A DNA stretch of 64,000 nt from Candidatus Tayloriibacteriota bacterium. Lineage in GTDB: Bacteria > Patescibacteriota > Minisyncoccia > Phycocordibacterales > PALSA-1337. The notes under the pieces were generated by a model that made no database searches, was not told the origin of the DNA, and saw only the letters and a list, made by a program, of their open reading frames with translations. A program made the translations under genes and the position numbers. The stretch lies in contig CAIOGI010000010.1 in the NCBI GenBank assembly GCA_903857825.1, positions 46,542 through 110,541 of the forward strand, given 5' to 3'. Positions 55,577-64,000 of the stretch are shown here, in pieces (the stretch's first letter is position 1; every line of letters begins with the position of its first letter).

Positions 55577-55957
55577 TTATAATGTTTTTATTCTTTGTTT
55601 AATCTTTTCAACAACCTCAGAAATTGGTGTGTTTGATTTAATAAAAAATTCAACAGCTCCCAGCTCTCTCACTCTTTTTTCATCTTCACTTTGGCTTAAA
55701 TTTGTCAAAACAATAACGGGGATCTTTATATTTTTATCTTTTAGTAATTGAAGAACTTGGAATCCATCAAATCTAGGCATCAACATATCACAAACAATTA
55801 ATTGACAATTAACGCTATTCAATGTTGACTCAAAATCTTCACCATTTGATAAAACTTTTACATCAAAACCTTCATGGGTAAGTTTCAGCTCTAATGCGCG
55901 AGCTAATGGCCTCTCATCTTCTAATACAATTATGATTTTCTTTTTTATTGATTCCAT
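55577..55957 (-). CDS. response regulator receiver-domain protein (PilH/CheY-like)
   Basis: IIIVLEDE...LIVCDMLMPRFDG...; 126 aa. Confidence 0.8.
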   Translation of the reverse strand: MESIKKKIIIVLEDERPLARALELKLTHEGFDVKVLSNGEDFESTLNSVNCQLIVCDMLMPRFDGFQVLQLLKDKNIKIPVIVLTNLSQSEDEKRVRELGAVEFFIKSNTPISEVVEKIKQRIKTL

Positions 55958-56013
55958 TATTTTAAGATTTCAGTATTTTGCATATTTATTATACTACATA
56001 AAACGTAACAAGC

Positions 56014-56241
56014 CTACTTCCCCATCACAGTCTTCAATTCTTGCTCATGTGCTTTCATTACAGCCATCATAGCATCTTGCTGAGACATACCTCCTTGTAT
56101 CTTTTCTTGAGCTTCCTTTGCAATTTTCATAAAAAAATCAGGATTCTTTTCAATCATAGCAAAGATCTGATCTTGCTGTTCCTGGGGCACACCCTTCATT
56201 TGCTTCTTCAACATTGTTTTCATCAAAAAGTTTTGAAACAT
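56014..56241 (-). CDS. hypothetical small Met/Gln-rich helical protein
   Basis: ORF track only. Confidence 0.35.
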   Translation of the reverse strand: MFQNFLMKTMLKKQMKGVPQEQQDQIFAMIEKNPDFFMKIAKEAQEKIQGGMSQQDAMMAVMKAHEQELKTVMGK

Positions 56242-56271
56242 CGTATTTATATTAAATATTAATTTTAATGA

Positions 56272-57654
56272 TTATATCACATCTACAGAACCCCTTTTAT
56301 ATATTCCTAGCGGCACAGAACTCCAATTGGATATTATAGATGTTATATACTTCCATGAATATATGACTTCATCTGTACTCGCGAACAATGTTTGATCTCC
56401 GATAATTGCATCGTGCAATACTCTTTCATACGCATCAGGAATTACCAGAAATGATTTTGAATCAGCATACTTAAACTTTAGATTTTTTGGTTCAACATTC
56501 ATACCAAATCCGGGTGACTTAACCAAAAATCTTATTTTAATACCTTCATCAGGCTGAATTCTAAATGTAAGCACATTTTGTCCATTTTCTTCATTATCCT
56601 TATTTATGTTTTTAAAATATATGTCAATTTCAGTCTTTGATTCAGCCAAAGCCTTACCACTTTCTAGATAAAAAGGTACATTTTTCCATCGAAGATTATC
56701 TATGTAGGTCTGAAGTCTAAAATACGTCTCTGTATGAGTATGCTGTCGAACACCAAATTCATTTTTGTACCCTTCGTATTGAGCCCTTACCACATTATTC
56801 ATCACAGTCTTTTTATTATTTAATTTCAACACTTGAAAAACCCTTGCACGCTCTTTTCTAAGTGAATTTGAATTGAAATTTTTTGGTCTTTCCATTGTTA
56901 CCAAAGATAACATCTGCAATAAATGATTTTGTCCTACATCTCTCAATGCACCAATATGATCATAAGTAGAACCCCTATTATCCACTCCATTCTTTTCAAA
57001 AAGCTTAATATGAACCTTCTCTATATGATTTCTATTCCATAATGGTTCAAAGAGTGAATTTGAAAATCTAAAAGCAAGAATATTCTGTAAGGCTTCTTTT
57101 GCTAAATAATGATCAATTCTAAAAATTTGACTTTCATTGAACAGTTGACCTAGCTTTTTATCAAGCTTTTTTGCTGTTTCTATATCATATCCAAAAGGTT
57201 TTTCTATTAAAACTCTTGTCCAACCACCATTTCCACCGCAGGGGATTGTTAAACCTGATACTGATAGATTTTCAAGTATACCTTCGTTTAGAGTGGGTGG
57301 GATGGATAAATGAAATAATTTATTTGAACAAGAGTTGAAACCGTCATCAATTTTCTTTAATCTTAATGCAAGATTTTTATATGATTCCGGCTTGTCGAAA
57401 AATCCTTGTTCATAATATATATGATCAATAAAATGCTTAACATCTTCTTCTCTATATTGACCCATCTTAATTTCCATATGATCACGTATTAGTTCTCTGA
57501 ATTCCTCTCTATCAAAATGTCTACGTGAAAAACCAACAATAGCAAACTTTGATGGTAATTGTTTGTTTACATACAAGTTTAAAATTGCTGGAAGTACCTT
57601 TTTACCAGCTAGATCACCTGTAATCCCGAAAATTATAAACGTTGTTGGTAACAT
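56272..57654 (-). CDS. zwf: glucose-6-phosphate 1-dehydrogenase
   Basis: FGITGDLAGKKVLPA (NADP-binding), RIDHYLAKE active-site motif; 460 aa. Confidence 0.9.
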   Translation of the reverse strand: MLPTTFIIFGITGDLAGKKVLPAILNLYVNKQLPSKFAIVGFSRRHFDREEFRELIRDHMEIKMGQYREEDVKHFIDHIYYEQGFFDKPESYKNLALRLKKIDDGFNSCSNKLFHLSIPPTLNEGILENLSVSGLTIPCGGNGGWTRVLIEKPFGYDIETAKKLDKKLGQLFNESQIFRIDHYLAKEALQNILAFRFSNSLFEPLWNRNHIEKVHIKLFEKNGVDNRGSTYDHIGALRDVGQNHLLQMLSLVTMERPKNFNSNSLRKERARVFQVLKLNNKKTVMNNVVRAQYEGYKNEFGVRQHTHTETYFRLQTYIDNLRWKNVPFYLESGKALAESKTEIDIYFKNINKDNEENGQNVLTFRIQPDEGIKIRFLVKSPGFGMNVEPKNLKFKYADSKSFLVIPDAYERVLHDAIIGDQTLFASTDEVIYSWKYITSIISNWSSVPLGIYKRGSVDVI

Positions 57655-57678
57655 ATATGCATTCTATCTTAAATATCA

Positions 57679-58356
57679 TTATTTTGCCTTAAAGTCATTT
57701 ATTATCTTGCCATCAGAAAGTTCTATGACTCTATCGGTCAAAGATGCATAATCTTTCTCATGTGTGACCATAACTATAGTCTGTCCTTCTTTGTGAAGTT
57801 TAATAAATACCTCAAAAACCATAGCGGATGTCTCTGTATCAAGATTTGCTGTAGGTTCATCTGCAAAAATTATCCTAGGCTCATGCGCAATAGCACGAGC
57901 AATAGCAACTCTTTGCTGTTGACCTCCAGAAAGCTGGGATGGATAATTCCCCGTTTTATCTATCAGTCCCACTCTTTCGAGAGCGTACTCAGCTTTAATT
58001 TTTGCATTTTTTGAATCAACTCCTATCATTAACAATGGTAGCATTACATTTTCAACGGAGGTTAAAGATGGCAAAATTGCATAATCCTGAAATACATAAC
58101 CCAATTCAGAAAGTCTCATATATGTTCTTTCTTCTTCTGACATAGCGAGTACATCATGACCTTCTATATGAATTGATCCAGAATTCGGCCGATCCAGAAG
58201 ACCCAATTGATATAGTAAGGTACTTTTTCCTGATCCCGAACGGCCTGTAATAGCTAGAAATTCACCCTCTTTTAATTCAAAAGACACATTATTCAGAGCA
58301 ATCAATTCCCCTGCACCGCTTTTATATTTCTTTGTAAGATTATGTGTTTTTATCAT
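57679..58356 (-). CDS. ABC transporter ATP-binding protein (FtsE/LolD/MacB-type)
   Basis: Walker A GRSGSGKST, signature LSGGQQQR, Walker B IFADEPT; 225 aa. Confidence 0.85.
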   Translation of the reverse strand: MIKTHNLTKKYKSGAGELIALNNVSFELKEGEFLAITGRSGSGKSTLLYQLGLLDRPNSGSIHIEGHDVLAMSEEERTYMRLSELGYVFQDYAILPSLTSVENVMLPLLMIGVDSKNAKIKAEYALERVGLIDKTGNYPSQLSGGQQQRVAIARAIAHEPRIIFADEPTANLDTETSAMVFEVFIKLHKEGQTIVMVTHEKDYASLTDRVIELSDGKIINDFKAK

Positions 58357-58361
58357 GGTAT

Positions 58362-59651
58362 TTATCTTCCTAGTATTGCATCTAATGTATTTTGTTTTAC
58401 AACAATTCTTGCAGGAATATAACCCGCAATCAAGGTTGCAATAAATAATATTATTCCTCTAACTACGGTACCTATAAAAGTGGCGACGAGTATACCATCA
58501 CTAAAAGGAAAGTCTATGGGGTTTGCTGCTAGATATGGTTTTAATACAAGAAAGACTAGAATTGAGCCGAGAATTATTCCAAATAGTGCATAAAATAGTG
58601 ATTGTATAATATATGAAATTTCAATAACTGAAGCCCTAATACCAATTCCTTTTAATATACCTATGTATCTTCGACGAGTAATAGCATTCACAAAGATAAT
58701 AATAAATATGGTAATGGAAGCTACTACAAGACCTATAGAACCGATAATATTACCCAGCAAACCAAATGTCTTTTTCATATCATCTAGAAACTTTGGTTGT
58801 GCATCAATATATGTCTGAACTTTAGCATATTGGTCTATACCTTGATTAATTAAGTCTTGTTTTAATACATTCGGATCTGTATTTGCCTTCATCTTTACTG
58901 CAAAAAAATCTACATTATTATCGTCTCTACCTATTATTTTCTTTAGTTCCCTACCATTCATAAAAATTCCCTGATCAAGATCTGCTTTGCTCTTTATTAT
59001 TCCTTTTACCGTCATTTCTCTTGTGGTACCTGATACTACAACTCTAACCTTAGAACCGACTTCAACATTTTTTAAAGTAGAAAATCCTGGGGCTTCTATT
59101 GGAGTATATTTAAATAGTAAATTTGCTCCGAGAAGAATCTTATCAGTATCAGATGGGTCTAAATATTCACCTTCTATAAGATACTTTGAAATATTTGTAA
59201 CTTTGTCTTCAGCAACAGGATCAATTCCAAAAACAGATCCTCCTGCAGTATCCACAGCGTCAGTAAGTCTTGTTCGATTTTTGTAATTTGCCTCTATTGC
59301 TCCACCTTCTTGATATCGCATTGAGAAATTTTCAACATAAGGGTGATTCTCCAATAGGCTTCTAATATAGTCACTTCTTTCAATATAGGTTTTCTTTTGT
59401 AATGTAGAAATCAATAACTCTCCAGTATATCTATTTTTATTTGCATCTGTTGCGCCCTCAAGGAGGCCCACTAATATTCCACTAACCACTATTAGATTTA
59501 GAAACGTCAAACTCATAACCACAATAATCAATAATGTAGTCCATTTATTAGCCTTTTTTATCTCTCTAAATGCAAGGAAAAAACCAATTTTGATAGACTG
59601 TAACAAATTTAATATCTTATGTTTATTTGTAGGGTAAAGTCCTTGTTTCAC
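58362..59651 (-). CDS. ABC transporter permease, FtsX/MacB-like (N-terminal TM, large extracytoplasmic domain, three C-terminal TM helices)
   Basis: topology and conserved C-terminal FtsX-like TM bundle; 429 aa. Confidence 0.8.
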   Translation of the reverse strand: MKQGLYPTNKHKILNLLQSIKIGFFLAFREIKKANKWTTLLIIVVMSLTFLNLIVVSGILVGLLEGATDANKNRYTGELLISTLQKKTYIERSDYIRSLLENHPYVENFSMRYQEGGAIEANYKNRTRLTDAVDTAGGSVFGIDPVAEDKVTNISKYLIEGEYLDPSDTDKILLGANLLFKYTPIEAPGFSTLKNVEVGSKVRVVVSGTTREMTVKGIIKSKADLDQGIFMNGRELKKIIGRDDNNVDFFAVKMKANTDPNVLKQDLINQGIDQYAKVQTYIDAQPKFLDDMKKTFGLLGNIIGSIGLVVASITIFIIIFVNAITRRRYIGILKGIGIRASVIEISYIIQSLFYALFGIILGSILVFLVLKPYLAANPIDFPFSDGILVATFIGTVVRGIILFIATLIAGYIPARIVVKQNTLDAILGR

Positions 59652-59673
59652 AATACGATAATAATATCATACT

Positions 59674-60825
59674 TTATTTAAACTTTTTTAATTTTTGGGA
59701 AATCGTCTTGGCAATATTTCTATCAAGCACGCTTGGCAGTATCTTATTAACATTCAATTCACTTTTTTTAATATAACCAGCAAGTGTCTCTGCAACTGCA
59801 ATCTTTATCTCATCTGTGACAATTTTAATTTTATTATCAAGTAGCCCTCTGAATAATCCTGGGAAAGCCATTACATTGTTGATTTGATTTGGGAAATCAC
59901 TTCTTCCAGTACCGACTATATATGCACCAGCTTTCTTTGCTATATCTGGCATTATCTCTGGTGTCGGATTGGACATGGCAAAGATAATTGGTTTATCTGA
60001 CATTGTCTTTATGAATTCTGGTTTAAAGACTCCAGGAGCGCTAACACCGACAAACACATCCGCATCTCTGACTGCTTCAGCCAAATCCCCGCTTTTGTTT
60101 TCTGGATTTGTAAACTCCAGCATCTTTAGTTTTACCTCATTCAAATTTGTTCTATCTCTCGAAACAATACCTTTTGTATCTACAAGTAGAATGTTTTTTA
60201 CTCCGTACTTTAGCAGAAGTCTCGTGATAGATATACCAGCTGCACCCGCACCACATACTACAACCTTCACTTTTTCTTTTTGTTTTTTAGCAAGCTTCAG
60301 ACTATTTATCATAGCAGCAAGTACCACTATAGCAGTACCATGTTGATCGTCATGAAAGACTGGAATATCCAATTCCTTTATTAATCTTTCCTCAATCTCA
60401 AAACATCTAGGTGAAGAAATATCTTCTAGATTTATACCACCAAATGTTGGCGAAATTGCCTTTACAATTTTTATTATCTCTTCCGTGTCTTGGGTATTTA
60501 ATACTATGGGATATGCATCAACTCCACCAAATTCTTTAAATAGCAGAGCTTTACCCTCCATTACAGGCAAAGCGCCGTACGGACCAATATTTCCTAAGCC
60601 AAGCACAGCAGAACCATCAGAAATAACGGCGATGGTATTGCCCTTTATAGAATATTCATTAGCCTTGGCTGGATTCTTGGCTAAAAACGACGATACTTCT
60701 GCCACCCCGGGAGTATATGCCACACTTAGGTCATCTCGATTCTTCAATGGTGGGAATTTGCTTTTTATTTCAATTTTTCCCTTATACTTTAAATGTCTTT
60801 TCAGCGATTCTTTTTTGTAGTCCAT
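59674..60825 (-). CDS. NAD(P)-dependent malic enzyme (short, MaeB N-domain type)
   Basis: ...YTPGVAEV..., ...GSAVLGLGNIGP..., ...FHDDQHGTAIV..., ...VVCGAGAAG... malic-enzyme blocks; 383 aa. Confidence 0.85.
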   Translation of the reverse strand: MDYKKESLKRHLKYKGKIEIKSKFPPLKNRDDLSVAYTPGVAEVSSFLAKNPAKANEYSIKGNTIAVISDGSAVLGLGNIGPYGALPVMEGKALLFKEFGGVDAYPIVLNTQDTEEIIKIVKAISPTFGGINLEDISSPRCFEIEERLIKELDIPVFHDDQHGTAIVVLAAMINSLKLAKKQKEKVKVVVCGAGAAGISITRLLLKYGVKNILLVDTKGIVSRDRTNLNEVKLKMLEFTNPENKSGDLAEAVRDADVFVGVSAPGVFKPEFIKTMSDKPIIFAMSNPTPEIMPDIAKKAGAYIVGTGRSDFPNQINNVMAFPGLFRGLLDNKIKIVTDEIKIAVAETLAGYIKKSELNVNKILPSVLDRNIAKTISQKLKKFK

Positions 60826-61083
60826 GTTTTTTGTGATTAGTTAGTATGAGGGTATTTTAACATATTAATAGGGTCAGTATACAAAAATACCACAGCTTTA
60901 AACTATGGTATTTTTGTTTGATTGCTATTACATCTTCCTAAAAATCCTCTCCCCACTTCTCCCATCTTGGATACATGGTTGTGGCAACAAAAACACAAGG
61001 TAGTATGAATATTGCACCAAGAGCCCAAAAGAAGAAGTTGATAATTTTCATTTTAGTAATTTCGCAAAATTACTGATAATCAA

Positions 61084-63069
61084 TTAAAGAATAAAAGAAA
61101 CAATAAGTAGCGCAACAATGTTTAGAATCTTGATCATTGGGTTGATAGCTGGTCCAGCTGTATCCTTGTAAGGATCTCCTACTGTATCTCCAGTAACAGC
61201 AGCCTTGTGTGCATCTCCACCCTTTCCACCATGATTACCCTGCTCAATATGCTTCTTAGCATTGTCCCATGCACCTCCTCCAGATGTCATTGAGATAGCC
61301 ACGAACAATCCAGTAACTATAGAACCTACTAGCAAACCTCCTAGAGCAACTGGACCAAGGATAAATCCTACAAGTATAGGAACGACGACTGGAATAAGAG
61401 CTGGAACTATCATTTGCTTTATAGCAGCAGAAGTAACAATATCTACACAACGAGCATAATCAGGCTTAGCAGTTCCTTGCATAATTCCTGGAATCTCTCT
61501 GAACTGTCGTCTAACCTCTTCTACAACCTGACCAGCAGCCTTACCTACAGCTTCCATTGATAGAGCAGCGAAATAGTATGGTAGAAGACCTCCGATAAAT
61601 AGACCGACGATGACCAATGGATCTCCAAGTTCAAATTTCAAACCGTGAGTTTCCTGTGTGTATGATGCGAAGAGCACTAGAGCTGCGAAACCAGCAGAAC
61701 CAATGGCATAACCCTTTGTAACTGCCTTTGTAGTATTTCCAACAGCATCTAGAGGATCAGTAACATCTCGAACCTCCTTTGGCATATTTGACATCTCTGC
61801 AATACCACCAGCATTATCTGTGATAGGACCATAAGCATCAATAGCGACGATAATACCAGCCATTGAAAGCATACTCATAGCTGCGACTGCAATACCGTAA
61901 AGACCAGCAAGATGATATGTAGCAAGAATACCAACTACTATAGAAAGTAGAGGCCAAGCTGTAGACTTCATTGAAATAGCTAGACCTTGAATAATATTTG
62001 TTCCGTGACCAGAGTTTGAAGCCTCAGCGATAGACTGAACTGGAGCATATTTTGTAGATGTATAATATTCAGTAATCAATACTAGAGCAGCAGTTACTAG
62101 TAAACCAACTATTGCACAACCGAACAAATTTAGAACTGAGAATTGTCCATTTCCTGCCATCATAAACCTAGTAACAAAGTAAAATGCTATAGCTGAAAGA
62201 ATACCTGCGATTGCAAGACCTTTGTACATTGCTCCCATAATATCTTTTGACTTACCAAGCTTCACAAACCATGTACCGATAATTGAAGCGATGATAGCTA
62301 CACCTCCTAATACTAGTGGGTATAGAATTGCATTTGTATAATCAGCCCCGAAAGTAACTACAGCGAGCATCATAGCTGCGATAGTCGTAACAGCATAAGT
62401 TTCGAATAGATCAGCTGCCATACCTGCACAGTCACCGACATTGTCTCCAACGTTATCAGCGATAACTCCTGGGTTTCGAGGATCATCTTCTGGAATATTT
62501 GCCTCTACCTTACCTACTAGATCTGTACCAACATCGGCTGCCTTTGTGAAAATACCTCCACCAAGTCTAGCAAATACTGAAATAAGAGAGGAACCGAATG
62601 CAAGACCAATCAAAGATCCTACATCGTGTGTAATAGCGTAGAAACCAGATACTCCAAGAAGAGCTAGGCCTACTACAAGAAGTCCTGTAACCGCCCCTCC
62701 ACTAAAAGCTAGTGATAGTGCCTGAGATAAACCAGATCTAGCTGCTTCAGCAGTACGAATATTTGCTCTGACTGAGACATTCATACCGATATAGCCTGCA
62801 AGTGCTGAGAAAACTGCACCAACTAGAAATCCGATAGCAGTCTCAATTCCTAGTGCTGGTATAAGAATAATAAATAATATGATAGCTATGATAGCAATAG
62901 TCTTGTATTGTCTATTGAGATAAGCCTTTGCACCTTGCTGAATAGCGAGAGCAATTTCCCTCATTTTGTCGTTTCCATCTGACTTTTTTAAAATTTTTCT
63001 AGCCAAAAGTAGTCCGTAAACAATAGCAAGAACAGAACAAACAATCGCAAAAATTATCGAAGCATTCAT
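61084..63069 (-). CDS. hppA: membrane-bound proton (or sodium)-translocating pyrophosphatase
   Basis: 16-TM V-type PPase with conserved GGG..DNAKK..., ...DNVGDNVGD..., ...[14 protein letters not shown]... motifs; 661 aa. Confidence 0.95.
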   Translation of the reverse strand: MNASIIFAIVCSVLAIVYGLLLARKILKKSDGNDKMREIALAIQQGAKAYLNRQYKTIAIIAIILFIILIPALGIETAIGFLVGAVFSALAGYIGMNVSVRANIRTAEAARSGLSQALSLAFSGGAVTGLLVVGLALLGVSGFYAITHDVGSLIGLAFGSSLISVFARLGGGIFTKAADVGTDLVGKVEANIPEDDPRNPGVIADNVGDNVGDCAGMAADLFETYAVTTIAAMMLAVVTFGADYTNAILYPLVLGGVAIIASIIGTWFVKLGKSKDIMGAMYKGLAIAGILSAIAFYFVTRFMMAGNGQFSVLNLFGCAIVGLLVTAALVLITEYYTSTKYAPVQSIAEASNSGHGTNIIQGLAISMKSTAWPLLSIVVGILATYHLAGLYGIAVAAMSMLSMAGIIVAIDAYGPITDNAGGIAEMSNMPKEVRDVTDPLDAVGNTTKAVTKGYAIGSAGFAALVLFASYTQETHGLKFELGDPLVIVGLFIGGLLPYYFAALSMEAVGKAAGQVVEEVRRQFREIPGIMQGTAKPDYARCVDIVTSAAIKQMIVPALIPVVVPILVGFILGPVALGGLLVGSIVTGLFVAISMTSGGGAWDNAKKHIEQGNHGGKGGDAHKAAVTGDTVGDPYKDTAGPAINPMIKILNIVALLIVSFIL

Positions 63070-63194
63070 ATTTAAATTTAATTATCTAATACACTATTAA
63101 TAATATCAGGATACTAGCATATATATAGCCGTATTTCAATACATAACATACATACATAACATACAATTTTTATTTTACAATTTTGTATTTTGAA

Positions 63195-64000
63195 TTATTT
63201 ATTACTGAAATTATCCTGATCATATTGCTCCAAATATGTTGTAAGTTGTCTATTAACCCTAACGAACGTCGCTCTCTTTGAAAATTCCTTTAACTTTCTT
63301 GCTCCTATATATGTGCCAGCACTTCGTATACCTCCAAACAAGTCTTGGATAAATGGATGAATGCTTCCTTTGTGTGGCATAAGAACATATCGCCCCTCGG
63401 ACGCTCTATGAGAGTCTTTCTTACCATAAAATTCCTCAAGTGCTTTATTTGAAGATGATCCAAAGTATTCTTTATACTTTTTACCATTTCTTTCTACTGT
63501 TTCTCCTCCGCTTTCTTCAAAACCAGAGAACAGTGATCCACAAAGGTTAAAATCCGCCCCGGCACAAAATGCCTTTACCACACAGGCTGGATCTCTCTGA
63601 CCGCCATCCGCTATCACCAAGCCACAATTCCCTTTTTCATTTGAAATACCATGAGCAGCATCTGCACATTCAATAACTGCACTTATTTGTGGATATCCAA
63701 CCCCAGTCATTCTTCTTGTAAGGCATGCAGATCCACAACCGATACCGACTTTTACTATATCTGCTCCACATAAAATTATTTCTTCTGCCATCTCATTTGT
63801 CACAACATTTCCAGCAATAATTATATGACTTGGGCAGAGAGAGCGAACTAGTTTTATAGTTTCTACAAATCTTTGCAAATATCCATTAGGCACATCAATA
63901 CATATAAAAGAAAAGTTATTAATCAACTTTTTCTTTATCATTATCTTCAACTTCTTTATATCATCTTCACGTATACCAAGTGTGTATACAATAAAATCTG
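63195..64000 (-). CDS. guaC: GMP reductase / IMPDH-family enzyme, 5'-truncated by the window edge (frame stays open through nt 64000)
   Basis: ...FICIDVPNGY..., IIAGNVVT, ...VKVGIGCGSACLTR...GVGYPQISAV... align with the GuaC catalytic core; no in-frame stop between 63950 and 64000. Confidence 0.8.
   Translation of the reverse strand, partial: DFIVYTLGIREDDIKKLKIMIKKKLINNFSFICIDVPNGYLQRFVETIKLVRSLCPSHIIIAGNVVTNEMAEEIILCGADIVKVGIGCGSACLTRRMTGVGYPQISAVIECADAAHGISNEKGNCGLVIADGGQRDPACVVKAFCAGADFNLCGSLFSGFEESGGETVERNGKKYKEYFGSSSNKALEEFYGKKDSHRASEGRYVLMPHKGSIHPFIQDLFGGIRSAGTYIGARKLKEFSKRATFVRVNRQLTTYLEQYDQDNFSNK

Overview
AT-rich (~30-33% GC) bacterial chromosome segment with compact, mostly minus-strand gene organisation and clipped versions of normally larger proteins (AlaS without C-Ala, AspRS without GAD insertion, DnaJ-class chaperone without Zn finger). 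This looks like a reduced-genome, possibly CPR/Patescibacteria-like organism, but that is inference from content only. From the left, the window holds aspS, trpS and a heat-shock operon (grpE-dnaK-dnaJ) that is interrupted by two toxin/defence islands. One island holds a Fic protein, a GC-rich small gene and an orphan PemK/MazF toxin behind an array of TGCA-N5-TGCA palindromes. The other holds an HI0074-HEPN/HI0073-MNT pair with small partners, a YtxH-like protein and a fused MNT-HEPN protein. Next come a ribosomal alpha-operon block (rpsI, rplM, rplQ, rpoA, rpsD, rpsK, rpsM, rpmJ, infA), alaS and pepF. A three-gene operon follows (nucleoside-deoxyribosyltransferase-like protein, ATP-cone + PD-(D/E)xK nuclease, coiled-coil protein) that I flag as a candidate nucleotide-sensing defence module. 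Then come mnmA, mltG, a sigma-70 region-4-like protein, and leuS carrying an in-frame Nudix hydrolase domain. A GC-rich membrane-protein island bracketed by terminators follows. A second HTH-Fic gene with a degenerate Fic motif sits inside a roughly 1.16-kb insertion bounded by 19-bp direct repeats that duplicate the 3' end of ychF. The remainder is an about 19-kb all-minus-strand chemosensory plus type IV pilus supercluster (two receivers, cheD, cheC, cheA, cheB, cheY, a second CheC-like gene, cheW, an MCP, a Cache/PAS histidine kinase, a Cache-HAMP protein, four pilin-like genes including a 713-aa pilin with 4 tandem Cys-pair repeats, pilC, pilB, a receiver) with no CheR in the window. The window ends with zwf, an FtsEX/MacB-like ABC pair, malic enzyme, H+-PPase and a guaC gene truncated by the window edge. 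No rRNA, tRNA or CRISPR array was found. Several short GC-rich intergenic islands may be ncRNAs or small genes. All calls are from motif-level reading of the translated ORFs and the raw sequence; no database searches were run.
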